In this document: positions 23,348 to 36,345 of the stretch, in pieces | Layout of the letters: every line of letters starts with the position of its first letter | Numbering within the stretch: the first letter of the stretch is position 1 | From: Takakia lepidozioides | Taxonomy: Eukaryota > Plantae > Bryophyta | DNA: 64,000 nt | Direction: 5' to 3' | NCBI GenBank assembly: GCA_030704615.1 | Contig: CM060734.1 | Location: 62,001-126,000 of the forward strand | Translations under genes and position numbers: made by a program | Notes under the pieces: generated by a model | Seen by the model: only the letters and a program-made list of their open reading frames with translations | What the model was told of the DNA's origin: nothing | Databases searched by the model: none

Positions 23348-26300
23348 ATGGCTTCCTCTGAAGCGGAGTTCTTCTCTGACGACAAACCAGTGTCGTTCTC
23401 CCAGGAAGTCCTTGACAATGGATTTGCAATTGTTCTGGAACATGTCTTGGCTACCCGTTTTCAGCTTCAGAATGGCTCCATCTTTTTGGAGAAAGAGGTG
23501 TACGATTTGAAAGGGAAGTTGTTGAAATACTCTTTCCAAAACCATGATGAGACGGCTCATGCTAGCCAGTGGAGAGTGCGCCCTGGTCGATACAGAGTAC
23601 TTGGAGAGCCTCGGCGAAAGTCCCTTGGGTCATATGTGACGTCCGGGACTGCTGCTTCGGTCGTTGAAGACAAGAAGGGGGTGGTGGTGAAAAAAGAAAA
23701 GACGTCCTCCACTCCAATCGTTGAGCTTTCGGATTCGTCCGATGATGACATAAGTGAAATTCCAAATCCAGTCCTTCCTACTGTGGTTGGAGAAGTTGAT
23801 GAAGAAGATTTTGTAGTGTCATTCCAAAATTACGGGCGATGGGAGGAATGGCTGGATTCAAAAGTGAGTTGCGAGGAATTGATTGGGAATCTTTGAAGCA
23901 GGTGCCTGTGAAGTTCTTGCCAGAGACTTTTGATGGCGATATCCTATTCGAGCTGTCTCCTCCTCCGCGAGTTGGAGGTGTAACAATCATGATGCATGGA
24001 ATGGACAAGAAACACGACGGGCACCCGTGGTGCAGAACAAAAACATCCAATATTCAGAATGATGACAAGCTTGTTTTCAGGAGAACAGTTTGCAATGGAC
24101 ACCTTAGGTGTGATAATTTGAATTGCAGACACTTTCTTCAGTCTGGGGTTCATAATCAAAGCGAATGGGAGGGTTTGGCGGAAAATCCATTTCAGCCTGG
24201 GACTGCCCCCATCGGCAAACACTTTTGTCTGCAAATTCTGCAAACTTGTGCCATCTTGCTTGGCGCTCTGCGGAGCAAGAATGTACTATGTTGTCCACCG
24301 TTTGGAAACAATGACAAGAGCTTGTGTGCATTTCGGATTCCATAACCATCCTGTCTCGAAGGGGGATTACAGGGACAGTGTTGAGACAGTATCGAGGTTG
24401 ATTAAACAGGAGTTCGGGAAAAACCCATCCGCAACAACATCTGCAATTGCTCTTGGCGCAAGCAAGTCCTTCTTGGAAAGCCATATTTTGAGTGAAGGGG
24501 ATTCTGTGGGGACTAAACTTGACGGTGCAGCATTGGACCTGGTCATGGATCATTTCTCCACTTTGAGTTCACCTAACATTCGGCATCAGATCAATGCATT
24601 AAGAATGGGCTCTGGTATCAGAGGCTACATAGACAACATTTTGGAGTTGAAACAAGTGAGCAAGTACGATTACATCCAGGACAATGTATTCCCAGGTCAA
24701 GGTGCCATCAAAGTTTTTCTTTTCAAAATGTCGACTGTTGGGGAGGGCAGTGGGGTTAGCCTCGTGAAGCGGATGCAGAAGACTGGGGACTTGCAGAACT
24801 GTTTTCTTATGTTTGATCATGTGAAACGAGTGAAGGATTGGACGACAATGGCTTGTCATGTCTACGATCCAGTGTACCAACGAGTTATGACAATTGCAGT
24901 TTGTGACATGCAATCCGAGGATACGGAATCCCAGAAGCTCATGTGGAATTCCCTGATACGTGTCATGGGCTGCCATGGGCTGCCATCTCCAAATTTCGCA
25001 GGTTTCATGGCGGATAGTGCTCAAGCAAATTTCAATGCTGTTCGTATTGTCTTCGGATCGGGCGACCCAAAAGTGCCAATGCGAGGAAGAGAGCGTACAT
25101 GTCTATTCCATTGGACACAATCTCTGGAAAAACATACAAAGTCGGACATCAAACCAGAGATGCAGACTCAGCACCGTAAATTGTGCAAAGAGTACAAAGA
25201 TGCTAGAACAATGAAGGAGGCGGACACTTTGTTCCAGACAATTCGTGCCTGGTGGTTCTCTTCTGGAGCTGCATCACTTGAGAGTATGAGAGCATTGGAA
25301 GATTGGCTGGCGTTTTGGCACTTCCGGTATAGACAGTGGGGAGCAGCCATGCCAGTGGTACGAGGCTTATATTTCTTGCTTTATTCATACATTTACTTTC
25401 CATTTTATTGTGTCCTCGCTTTCTTTATGTTGTTTTCTGTTCACTGTTTTGAAGTGTGGTTCTCCACTTTGCAGAACATGTCCATTGAGGAAATGGCGGA
25501 CATGCCATCTTGCAATTTGGCAGAAACTGTGCACAACGCATGGTTGCAGCAGTCTGGGAAACGAGGTCGGGATTTGTATGTGGCAACAACAGATGATTTG
25601 ATACGTGCCTTGCAACAACAAACCCGATACCGTGATTTCTTGCGAGGTGGGGTTGGTGGCAAGGGTCCGGACAAATGGGAGTTGATGTTGCGTGCTGCAA
25701 ACAGATCTGGGGATCAATCAAGATAGCACGGGCGGTGAGCCCAGGGAACACCACTTGTTTCTAGAGTTCCACATCTTGAAGGGGAGGAGAGATTCGGCTC
25801 CTGTAAGAGGAAATTGAACACTCCACCTGGTTCGATTCCGATTCGCACAGGGCAGACCGTGATAACTTCTCGAAGCCTCGTGTTCCCCTGCATGACAGCT
25901 CCATGTCCGGAACCTCCATTGTGGAGGAACCTCCAACACGACGGCAAGCTCCAGCATCAAACAGTGCCACTGAAATGGTGCAGGAGAGAAACAACCCCCT
26001 TGATGTGCTTGAGTCCGCATGCCCCGACCACGTTTGGCACATAGAACGCACAAGTGTAGGGTCTCGTGTGAAATGTACAGCGATCAGGGCAACTAATTTT
26101 GAGAAGTGCACTTCATCTATATCCAGAGGTGGTGCCCGAACTCCTGCTCCGACTTTCACGGGTTTGATGCGTCCATACGGTCAACCAGAAGCCAAGAACC
26201 ACAAGTTCTGGTTCTGCGCAGATGATTGTGCCAGATGTGTGCATGGAACTGTGCGTCCTTCCGTAGTGATGAAGCCATCTCCTCCAACCGTTTGGTCCAT

Positions 26301-26820
26301 GAAGGTGGGAACACATCTCAGATTTCAGGAGATTGAAATGCTGGAGGAGGCAGGCTTTTCCCTTGCGAGACAACCCCAACTCCATGCATGTGCTACTACT
26401 TCTGCGTCCTCCCGGTCCCCCCGGCAAATCCTGACTTGTGGCCAACCAAACGAGATGGAAAGCTCATTCGGCGTTTCCCTCCAACCGCTGAACACTTTGG
26501 CAAAGTGGAGTCCGCAAGAATGCTCCAAGCTCGTGTTGGAAGCACCACGGAAGTACCCGATCCAGGATATGGTCGGGTATTCACAATCATCACTTCCAAA
26601 TCTGCTGTTCATGACAGGACCTACGACATCACGGTTTCCAATTCCCCCAATTGCACATGTCCTGATTTTGTGAATATGCTATCAACCAGTTTGGGCAAGA
26701 GAGTTATTTTTGAAGAGGATGGGTTGCGATCCCAAACGTGACAACTTCATTCACCAGGCCACTATGAGTTTCAACGAGGTCGATACTCTATTGCAGCGGG
26801 ATACAACACATGGGTAGCAT
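23348..26820 (+). mobile_element. Mutator-like (MULE) transposase pseudogene: WRKY/GCM-like Zn finger, DDE domain, SWIM finger
   Basis: DGHPWC...C...C...CVHFGFHNHP (WRKY/GCM-like); LMFDH, FMADSAQANFNAV, TCLFHW, NLAETVHN (MULE D, D, CxxH, E); YDITVSNSPNCTCPDF (SWIM start). GT-AG intron at 25358-25474. Frameshifted. Confidence 0.8.
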
Positions 26821-27949
26821 CAACTATGCAATGTGGTATGTGGACGACCATGATTTGAAATGTGTAATTCACATCAATTCGTCGGCGGTGCAATGATATG
26901 ACCTCCAACTATACGGAGTGAGCTCTGAGTGGCAACTTTTAAAAGCACATTTATCATTGCACCGTTCGAAGTCTACATGTCTTGCTGTCGCTATGCACTA
27001 CAATCATCTTTTGAAGATGATCCTAACTCTCATTGTTATTTGAGGAGGGAGGAAGGTCTTCCCGTGGCAGCCTCTATGGCGCACACTTTGTGAGGATATT
27101 TTCTCGTCCTCGTAATTGTAAAAGTGAAACAAGCATTTGTAATTGCACAATGTTGGATGCTACAATTGTAGGCCTCATGGTAGTCTTGATTCTATTTAGG
27201 CAAGATTCCCTGCATTAATTCCACAGTCATAGGACCATCCTCGGTTATAGGCGGCGCATGTTAATGCTGACGTGGCAGATGACGGACAGTGCCACGTCAT
27301 CATTTGCCGCCACATCAGCATGCTGACATGTCGCTCACGCCACGTCAGCTGGCGTGAGCGTACGCTCGCGCGCTCACGCCAATGCGTCGTTGTCAATGAT
27401 GGGAGCGTTGTCAGGCTTCCCTACCTTAGCGGCAGGCGATTTCTGCTCCTTCGCCGGCGCCTTCTCCTTGTCCTTCGCCATACTACTAGCTTATCCCTAC
27501 GCCCACAACACTACTACCGTGTGATTTCACATGCCAAAAACAAACAAGGCCTGACCTCCCCCTTCCCCTCTCTCCCTCTCCCTGTATGGAACCCAATCAA
27601 GAGTAGATAGTCGTAGGATGGAAAAAAATTCGGCTCTGGCTCCTTTTTCTTACCAAGTACCACAGGGCCATGCTGGTTCTTACATGGGGCAGGAGTGCTG
27701 AGAGCACCAGCACTTGATGCTGCTGTCAGCCCCCCACCATTCCAAAAAGCAAAAAAAAAAAAAGTGGGGGGGGACTGAGAGCAGCAGCAGCAAGTACTTG
27801 TTGCAGCGCCCCCCACCATTGCCAAAACCAAAAAATGAAAGGTCGGGGGGGGCTAAGACCAGCAGCAGCAAGCTACTCTCAGCACCCCCCACCATTCCAA
27901 AAACAAAAACAAAAAAGGTGGGGGGGGAAGTGACTGAGCAGCAGCTGCT

Positions 27950-29930
27950 GCTGAGTCACACCCCCCCCCCCCCCCCCAACCTTCTTTTTTATTTTTCTTC
28001 CCTCATCTCTCCCACTCTCTCCCTCTCTCTCCCTCTCTCCCTCTCCTTCCCTCTGTCCCATCAGGATGTGGAGAGAGAGGGACTGTTGAGGGGGGACAAA
28101 AAAGAAAACGGTGGGGGAGTGGGGAAGTGACTAGAGCAGCTGCCCCCCCCACCTTCCCCCCCTCCCTCAACAGTCCCTCTCTCTCCCTCTCTCCCTCTCC
28201 TCTATAAATCTTTGGATTTCATCTGGCCTTAACCTTTTGAGGTTATTTAGTTTTTCATCCCTGCCTTTTTCATCCAAATCTGGATGATTTTATTTTATTG
28301 GATGATGAAACTTAATATACAGAAAGCTAGAGTTACCATCTATTTTTTTCATCTAAACTGGATGATCTACATAAATAATGGTTACCTATTATAAAATCCA
28401 AGAATAATAAAACTACCATCATAAATGATGGCAGTTATTAAACCTAAACCTATACCATAACCCTAAAAGATACATTTCTATGGGATGTCATCCAGTGACA
28501 AAATGCCTATCTTGGTAAAATGTGATATTTCATCCATCCTGGATGAAAAATCGGGAAGTTTTGCCCTAAGCAGGCCGACACACTTCAAGCACTGAACTCG
28601 TGCTTCAGTGAACCTTGATGATGCGCCGTATAAACCTGCTCCCCTGCTGCTACATGGTACTCGTGATTGCTGGCTCTTGGGATGCGCAGTGGTGGTTAAA
28701 CAGATTCTTCTATGGCAGACGACAAAGCGTGATTGCTCTGATCAGAACTCATGGTTCTTTATTTTGCAGCGGCGCTTTTACTCCTTGTTGGGAAGTACTC
28801 TATCCCTATTTATCTACAGATTACTTGTTGCTCTCTCTTCGTGTATGAGCCACTCTCTAGCTGTGAACGCTTCTACTCTGATTGCGTTCTGTTGGAGACA
28901 ATCTGTTGGACGCCATGGCGCAGGGCATACCACAAACACTCAAGGTTTTTTGAGTTTACCATTGCTTGAATTGTGATCTGTACTTGCTTTAGAATTCAAC
29001 ACTGACATGGATAGCAACTGTGAAGACCTGCCACTTACCTGCTGCATCCTCACTAACACACATCGCTATGTGGTGGTTTTTGGGACGGGCACAGGTGAGG
29101 GTCTTCACTTGTCTTGATTTCTTGAAGCTTGCAGTTCCTGTTCTTGCAAGTGTGGATACTGCTGCTGCCTAAGCTGCTGATGCCATCTGCTGTTTCAAAC
29201 TGCCACCATGCCGCTTCAGACCTGCTCCAAGATTGCTCCAATGAGGATCTGCTTCTCTCCTTACCCCTGTTTACGGTTTTTTACAACCACATTTGCATGT
29301 GTAGGAGTTTAGCTATGAAGGATACAAGGATACAAAATAGCAGTTATTACTTTGACTGCCTTGATACTTGGCTCTGAAATGAGAACTCTTGGTATGACTC
29401 TGATGGATCAAAAGGATAGGCTTTGATAGATAACACACATTCTTCAAGGCCCTCATATCATTTTGGTTTCATGGCTTGATAACAAACTGGGGTTTCTGAG
29501 CTGCTCTTTCACCTTGGCAGAACTACTTTATGTGGCCTTAAAATACCATTCTAGGCCTATACCTGCTTAAGGGGGCTCTACACTGTTGTTTCTTCTTCCT
29601 TTTTAAGAATCTTGCTTATATCTTGGTTCTAAAACATCATCTTAAACCAAACCTGCAATCTGGTTTTTGAAATGAGTTTAAAATGGATTCTTGAGATGAT
29701 GATGTGTACTATGGTGCTTTCATGATATGAATGACCTGGAATCCCACCCTCCCGCCCTGTTTTTTCAGAGACCCTGAAATGTAATTGGGTATTCAAATGA
29801 GATTGTAAACATGAAAGAGAAAAATGTTAGATGGTGCCCTGTAAAGGGCTGTTTTGTCTTTCAATGACAATGACCTTAGCGGTCTTGTCCATGTCTTGAC
29901 AGGACATGTATATCTTTCCCTCTTTATTTG
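27950..29930 (+). repeat. About 2-kb repeat unit A, copy 1
   Basis: Highly similar to 34430-36345 throughout (e.g. 'cagggcataccacaaacactcaagg', 'ggatcaaaaggataggctttgatagataacac', terminal 'cttgtccatgtcttgaca.gacatg'). Confidence 0.92.
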
Positions 29931-30039
29931 ATCAGTGTACTTATGGTTTTGTACACACCATCTACCCTTATCTTTCTCCTTTTTCACCTTCTCATTTTGT
30001 TATATATTGACAAATGTTCTCGGGTGGCTTTGACAGAAA

Positions 30040-31590
30040 GTCCCAAAGGAGGTCCTAGCTAGAATGAGGACCTCATAGCTCTGGGGTATCAGTCCCCACT
30101 ACTCCTCCAATTCTTGCTGTGCAGGCAACCCTCGCACAAGTCACACCAAGTGACTTCCATGCTGCATTGCAAAAGATGGATATGAGGCCGTGGAAAATTC
30201 AGGTGATGAAAACCCCGTGTTATTACTTGAAACCTTGGCTTTGGAAAATGGGGTTGCACTTGGCATCATGGCAAATAAAGAATGGCAGGTAAACCTGGAG
30301 AAGCTCCAGGAATTCAATACTAAAATGATTGAGGTACTGGAAGATGATGCCGTGAGCTTGATACAATGGGGAAAGAAGGGATCAGCCATTGAGGCAGCTC
30401 TTAGAATGGCGAACCCAGAAGATGACCAGACTGTCTCCACGCAGAAATCTACAAACACATCTGAAAAAGACTTCATTCATCCCTTCTGTAAGTAATCACC
30501 CACCTTGGGCACATGATTTTACCGGATGAAGAAAAAGAGGCAGTGGAGAGAATTATGTGAACAAGTAGAAATCTCACAAGTGGAACAAGAAAGGGCAGCA
30601 GGTGCCACTCCTGGAAATCTGCAATTTGTCCCTGGTTGCCTCCCCGTGCAGTTGAATTAGAGGTTGCCAATAACGATCACATGATGTGGCACCCACATGC
30701 TAATATCAATTTATTGGCACCCATTTCTATTGAAATGTGGGTCAAATGGGGCAACATAACTCCTGCTGAACGCAGTAGGTGTGCACAGGATGCTAAGGAG
30801 GGTTTCAGAGAATAAAAAGGAACCTATTGCTGTGGCATGGCCACTAAGGACCTTCTACTACAAGCTCTGTGACAAGGTGAGAACCTTACCCTGAGGACCA
30901 AAAATGACTTGCCGACTGGTCGGCCAGATCCAAAAATCACAAGAGTCAACTCTTCAACTAGCATCGTCCCTACATAAGATGTAACTGTGGACAAGGAGGG
31001 GCACCCTCTTCTTTGCATTGGGAGTGTTGCTTGGTTTGACACATATGGTATGGTATATGCTGAACAATCTGATGTGTTCTTCCCTGATGATGCCTATTCC
31101 TTCGTGCAAACCAAGTATTACAGCTTTCTGGTATGGATCATGCGGGCTGCCAGATCTGCCGTTCTTGCACAAATTACCTTCCAGATGACCCGGGGCTTCA
31201 TAATGGAAGCAGCTTGTGAATTGCTTGGGAATTTAGGAGAATCCAAGGGGGCCAGATACATTGAGAAACTTGTGAAACCTGGGTTTTTTTCAGACAGCCT
31301 TCCCAAGGCCACAATTCAAACAGCTACAAACGGCAGCGTATGGAGGGGCAGACGCCTCCTCAACAACGCAAGAACAATGCCACGAGGCAGAGGTACCCCT
31401 GGTCGTGGAAGAGGTCTCTACCAAAAAGGAGGACGCTCTGGCAGGGGGCAATACTCTACCACCAACACCTCTGAGAATTCAAGAGCAACGAATCGGTCAT
31501 CACTTGGGGTTCGGGTGCTAATTCCAGTAGTCCCACCATCAACATCGCCAGCCAGGAGTCATACAAGACTCGTCGTATCACTGACGAGTT
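30040..31590 (+). other. Degenerate unidentified coding region between repeat units, with an RG-rich end
   Basis: ORFs 30190-30495 and 30987 onward look coding (LEKLQEFNTKMIEVLEDDA; RGRGTPGRGRGLYQKGGRSGRG). No family recognised. Confidence 0.3.
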
Positions 31591-31599
31591 CTCCCCAAC

Positions 31600-34420
31600 T
31601 CTTTTCCCGCATCTCTCCCTCTGTCCCATCAGGATGTGGAGAGAGAGGGAGAGAGGGAGTGAGGAGGAAAAAACAAAAAGAAAAACAGGTGGAGGGGGGG
31701 AGTGACACTCCCCCCCCCCCCCCACCTTTTTTTTTTTTCTTTCCCTCATCTCCCCCTCTCTCCCTCTGTCTCCCTCCCTCTTTGGAATTGCCGGTTTTAT
31801 CAGTGTTAATTTCCTGTTTTTCCATCTATACCGGATGGATTGTGACAGTTTTTTCACCCGCCCTATAACAATTTTTCATCTATACCGGATGAACTACCAG
31901 GGTGGACACTAAATTACTCTAAGCTAAGTCTATGATTTTTTCATTCTTCTTTTATTGACTTTCACCCATACCGGATGAGTCACCAGAGAATGAGGAATTA
32001 CCTCTGTAGGGGTTGCCACTGGCATCCTATTTTTTCCATCCATACCGGATGAAAAATACCAGGATACTAATTCGTTCATTCCTCTTTTATTGTTTTTTTC
32101 CGTACTGGATGAGGCAACAAAAAAAATCTTTTGGGGATGTTGAATTACCTGTTAGGATGTAAAACCGATGTTTTGGATGTTATTTACTGTTTTTCCATCC
32201 TACTGACGAACTTTCTCCAACTGATGAACTCATCTGAACCGGATGAAATATACAACTTATGATGGCCTTGGACTGATGATTAATTACCCTTAATTATGGT
32301 TAATTAAGGAGTGAAACCCTAACCCCTACCCTATAACCTATTGTTTAAACCTAGTTAATGAATGACATCCATCGGGTTTTCGAAAAATGTGGTGTTGATT
32401 ACTCATCCTGCACGGTTGAAAAATTGGGCAAGAGCCTAGGGTGGCTCTCCCGCCGTCAGAAGCACTGCTCATGCTTCTGAGCTCGCGGGATGAGCGTTAT
32501 GGCGTCCGCGTTTTTGCTGCTACCCGTGTTGCTGCATCGTACCCATGCTGGACGATCTCCTGGGGATGCGCATGGCGGCGCCGGTCTTTGTCTTTTCTCA
32601 CAGGCGGGAGACAATGTTGTGAATGCATCGTCTTTTTCCCTCCTCTGGCTTTTAATTCTTGCAGCGGGCGCTTGTGTGGGGAAGTATCCTCTCTCCCTTC
32701 TTAAACCTAGCAAGTGTGCTTGTATGCTTCACTTCTCCTTTGCTTTGCTGGAGGTGGCTTGCTGGTGGTGATGGCGCACAGTTCTCTTCCCCAATCGCTC
32801 AAGGTGCTTTTGGTGATTAGGGTTCCTTTTGCTTTATGTCTTTCTCTCTTGCTTTTGAGAGGTTCTTAGTTGACATCGATGACAAGTGTAGGGGTCTGTG
32901 ATTCACCTGGGGTTCCACAATCCTCACTAACCTGTTGGTTTTTGTAGGGGCTTGTGATGGGACCAGGTGAGGATCCCTACTTGCTTTGAATTCTCTTGAG
33001 CTTGCAGATAAGGATGTGGCAAAGGGAACCTAGTGTGTATGACATCTTGACTTGGCTGTTGCCTGCAGCCCCGATTTCGGCCCGCTTGCTCCTGGTTTGG
33101 CATGCTGATGCTTACTTTTGACTTATGTTTTGCTGCCTTTGATGGAGCACTTTGGCCTGACAGACTTGTCTCTTGAAGCCCAGCATCTGGACCTTACCTT
33201 GTCTTGAATCTTTGACAACATTGCCTGTGGATTATTAAGCTAGGTATTGTTTTGGCCTTAAAGAGGAGTTATGGTTTATGGGTAAGGCATCAATGGCTGT
33301 TTGGTTCTAAGGAAGAGGAGGCCTTGTTTTAAAGATGGCAGCCTGATAAGGCAATGACATGCCTCTTTCAAGCCTGGATTTGGTGTGGAATGGAGCATAG
33401 TGAGGTTTTTTGCAAAACCCTGCATAAACCTCCTGGAAAACAGTGTTGGTAAGCTCTACTGGACCTTTGCCAGAGATTATTTGCTTTATTTTGCCATCAG
33501 AGCAGGCAGCTGCAATGTATGATTTATTTTTTGGCCAGTGGGCTTGGTCTCGGGCACTCAAAGTGTTTGTGTATCCATATCTTGAATCTGTAACATGGCA
33601 AGCCTTTCTTCCATGCCAAAACGCCTTACATGATGCATGTCTTGGGGCAATTATACAGGGTGTAGAATGAAGTTGCAGTCTATCTTGTCATGCCCATGTG
33701 GGTCACTTGGTTGCATGTTTGGAATCTAATAAACTGCAGGCTAGTCCATCAAGATGCTTGTTATACATGTCTTGAATCTGTAGTATGGCAGGCTGTTCTT
33801 ACCTACCCAAGAGGCCTTGCATGATGCATGTCTTGGGATATTTACAAATGGCAAAGAGTGAAGCTGCAATATGTTTTGTCATGCCCAAGAAGTTTACTTG
33901 GTTGCATGCTTGAAATCTGATTAATTGCAAGCTGGTCCTTCAAGGTACTTGTATGAACATATCCTGAATCTATAGTAGAACAGGCTGTTCTTACCTACCC
34001 AAGGAGCCTTGCATGATGCATGTCTTGGGGTACTTACAAATGGCAAAGAGTGAAGCTGCAATATGTTTTGTCATGCCCAAGAAGATTACTTGGTTGCATG
34101 TTTGAAATCTGGTAAATTGCAGGATGGTCCTTTAAGGTTGCTTGTATAAACATACCTTGAATATGTACTAGGGCAGGCTGTTCTTACCTACCCAAGAGCC
34201 TTGCATGGTGCATGCCTTGGGTTACTTACAGGAATTTGAACATGAATAAACCCCGCCCTCCACCCTATTTTATCATGATTGAATGGGTGTTGTCACTTGG
34301 TCTACTATGACAAGACTGGAAGTGTTAGATGGTGCCTTGTTTATGGGTTGTTTATGTCTTTAATTGACATGACCCTAGTGGGTCTTGTCCATGTCTTGAC
34401 ATGACATGAGTATCTTCCCT
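31600..34420 (+). repeat. Diverged relative (unit B) of repeat unit A, with an internal ~192-bp tandem array
   Basis: Shares the start 'ctgtcccatcaggatgtggagagagagg', the TCATCC..GGATGA palindromes and the end 'cttgtccatgtcttgacatgacatg' with unit A. Tandem units at about 33580, 33770, 33963, 34156. Confidence 0.75.
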
Positions 34421-34429
34421 CTCTCTCTC

Positions 34430-36345
34430 TCTCTTTCCCTCATCTCTCCCTCTGTCCCATGAAGATGTGGAGACCCCCCCCCCCCCCACCTCCTTATTTA
34501 TTTATTTTCCCTCTCTCCCTCTCTCCCATCAGGATGTGGAGAGAGAGGAAGTGTTGAGGGAAAATAAAATAAAAATGAAGGGGGGAGGGGGAGTGACCGA
34601 GCAGCTGCTCCCCCCTACTTCTTTTTTTTATTTTCTTGGCCCCCTCTATTCTTCTATTCCTCCCCCCTCTCTCCCTCTCTCCCTCTCTCCCTCTCCCTCT
34701 ATAACTCTTTGGATTTCATCTGGCCTTACCTTTTGAGGTTATTTAGTTTTTCATCTAAACTGGATGAACTACATGAATAATGGTTACCTATTATAAAATT
34801 CAAGAGAATAATAAAACTACCATCATAAATGATGGCAGTTATTAAACCTGAGCCTACACCATAACCCTAAAAGATACATTTCTATTGGATGTCATCCATT
34901 GACAAAGTGCTTCTCTTGATAAAATGTGATTTTTCATCCACCCTGGATGAGAAATCGGGAAGTTGTGCCCTAAGCAGGCCAACACACATTCACAGCACTG
35001 AACTCGTGCTTCAGTTGAACCTTGATGATGCGCCGTATAAACCTGCTCCTCTGCTACTACATGGTACTCGTGATGGCTGACTCTTGGGATGCGCATTGGT
35101 GGTTAGGCAGATTCCTCTCTGGCAGACGACAAAGCGGTGATCGCTTTGATCAGAAACTCATGGTTCTTTATTTTGCAGCGGCGCTTTTACTCTCTTGTTG
35201 GGAAGTACTCTATTCCTATTTATCTACAGATTACATGTTGCTCTCTCTTTGTGTATGAGCCATTCTCTATCTGTGAACACTTCTACTCTGATTACAATCT
35301 GTTGGAGACGATTTGTTGGATGCCATGGCGCAGGGCATACCACAAACACTCAAGGTTTTTTGAGTTTACCCTTGCTTGAATTATGATCTGTACATGCTTT
35401 AGAATTCAACACTGACATGGATAGCAACTGTGAAGACCTGCCACTCATCTGCTGCATCCTCACTAACACACATCGCTATGTGGTGGTTTTTGGGACGGGC
35501 ACAGGTGAGGGTCTTCACTTGTCTTGATTTCTTGAAGCTTGCAGCTCCTGTTCTTGCAAATGTGGATTCTGCTGCTGCTGCCTATATGCTGCTGATGCCA
35601 TTTGCTGTTTCAAACTGCACACCATGCCGCTTCAGACTGCTCCAAGATGGCTCCAATGAGGATCTGCTTCTTCTCCTCCTTACCCCTGTTTTGGTTTTTT
35701 TACAACCACATTTGCATGTGTAGGGAGTTAAACTATGAAGGGTACAAGGATACAAAATAGCAGTTATTACTCTGACTTCTTTGATACTTGGCTCTGAAAT
35801 GAAACTTCTTGGTATGACTCTGATGGATCAAAAGGATAGGCTTTGATAGATAACACACATTCTTCAAGGCCCTCATATCATTTTGGTCTCATGGCTTGAT
35901 AACAAACAGGGGTTTCTGAGCTGCTCTTTCACCTTGGCAGAGCTATTTTATGAGGCTTAAAATACCATTCCAGGCCTATACCTGCTTAGGGGGCTCAACC
36001 CTGTTGTTTTCTTCTTCCCTTTTTAGAATCTTGCTTGTATCTTGGTTCTAAAAACATCAACTTCAAACCAAACCTGCAATCTGGTTTTTGAAATGAGTTT
36101 GAAATGAATTTTTGAGATGATGATGCATACCATGGTGCTTTCATGATATGAATGACCTGGAATCCCACCCTCCCACCCTGTTTTTTCAGAGACCCTGAAA
36201 TGTAATGGGGTATTCAAATGAGACTATAAACATGAAAGGGAATGTTAGATGGTGCCCTGTAAAGGGCTGTTTTGTCTTTCAATGACAATGACCTTAGCGG
36301 TCTTGTCCATGTCTTGACATGACATGTATATCTTCCCTCTCTTTC
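34430..36345 (+). repeat. About 2-kb repeat unit A, copy 2
   Basis: Direct repeat of 27950-29930. Confidence 0.92.

Noticed and set aside
13355-26537. Inverted arms as the TIRs of a giant Mutator element
   Set aside because: The arms are internal transposase coding sequence, the transposase continues past the right arm, and no 9-bp TSD was seen.
27950-36345. Unit A copies as the paired LTRs of a retrotransposon
   Set aside because: No TG...CA ends, PBS, PPT or gag/pol between them, and a third diverged unit lies inside.
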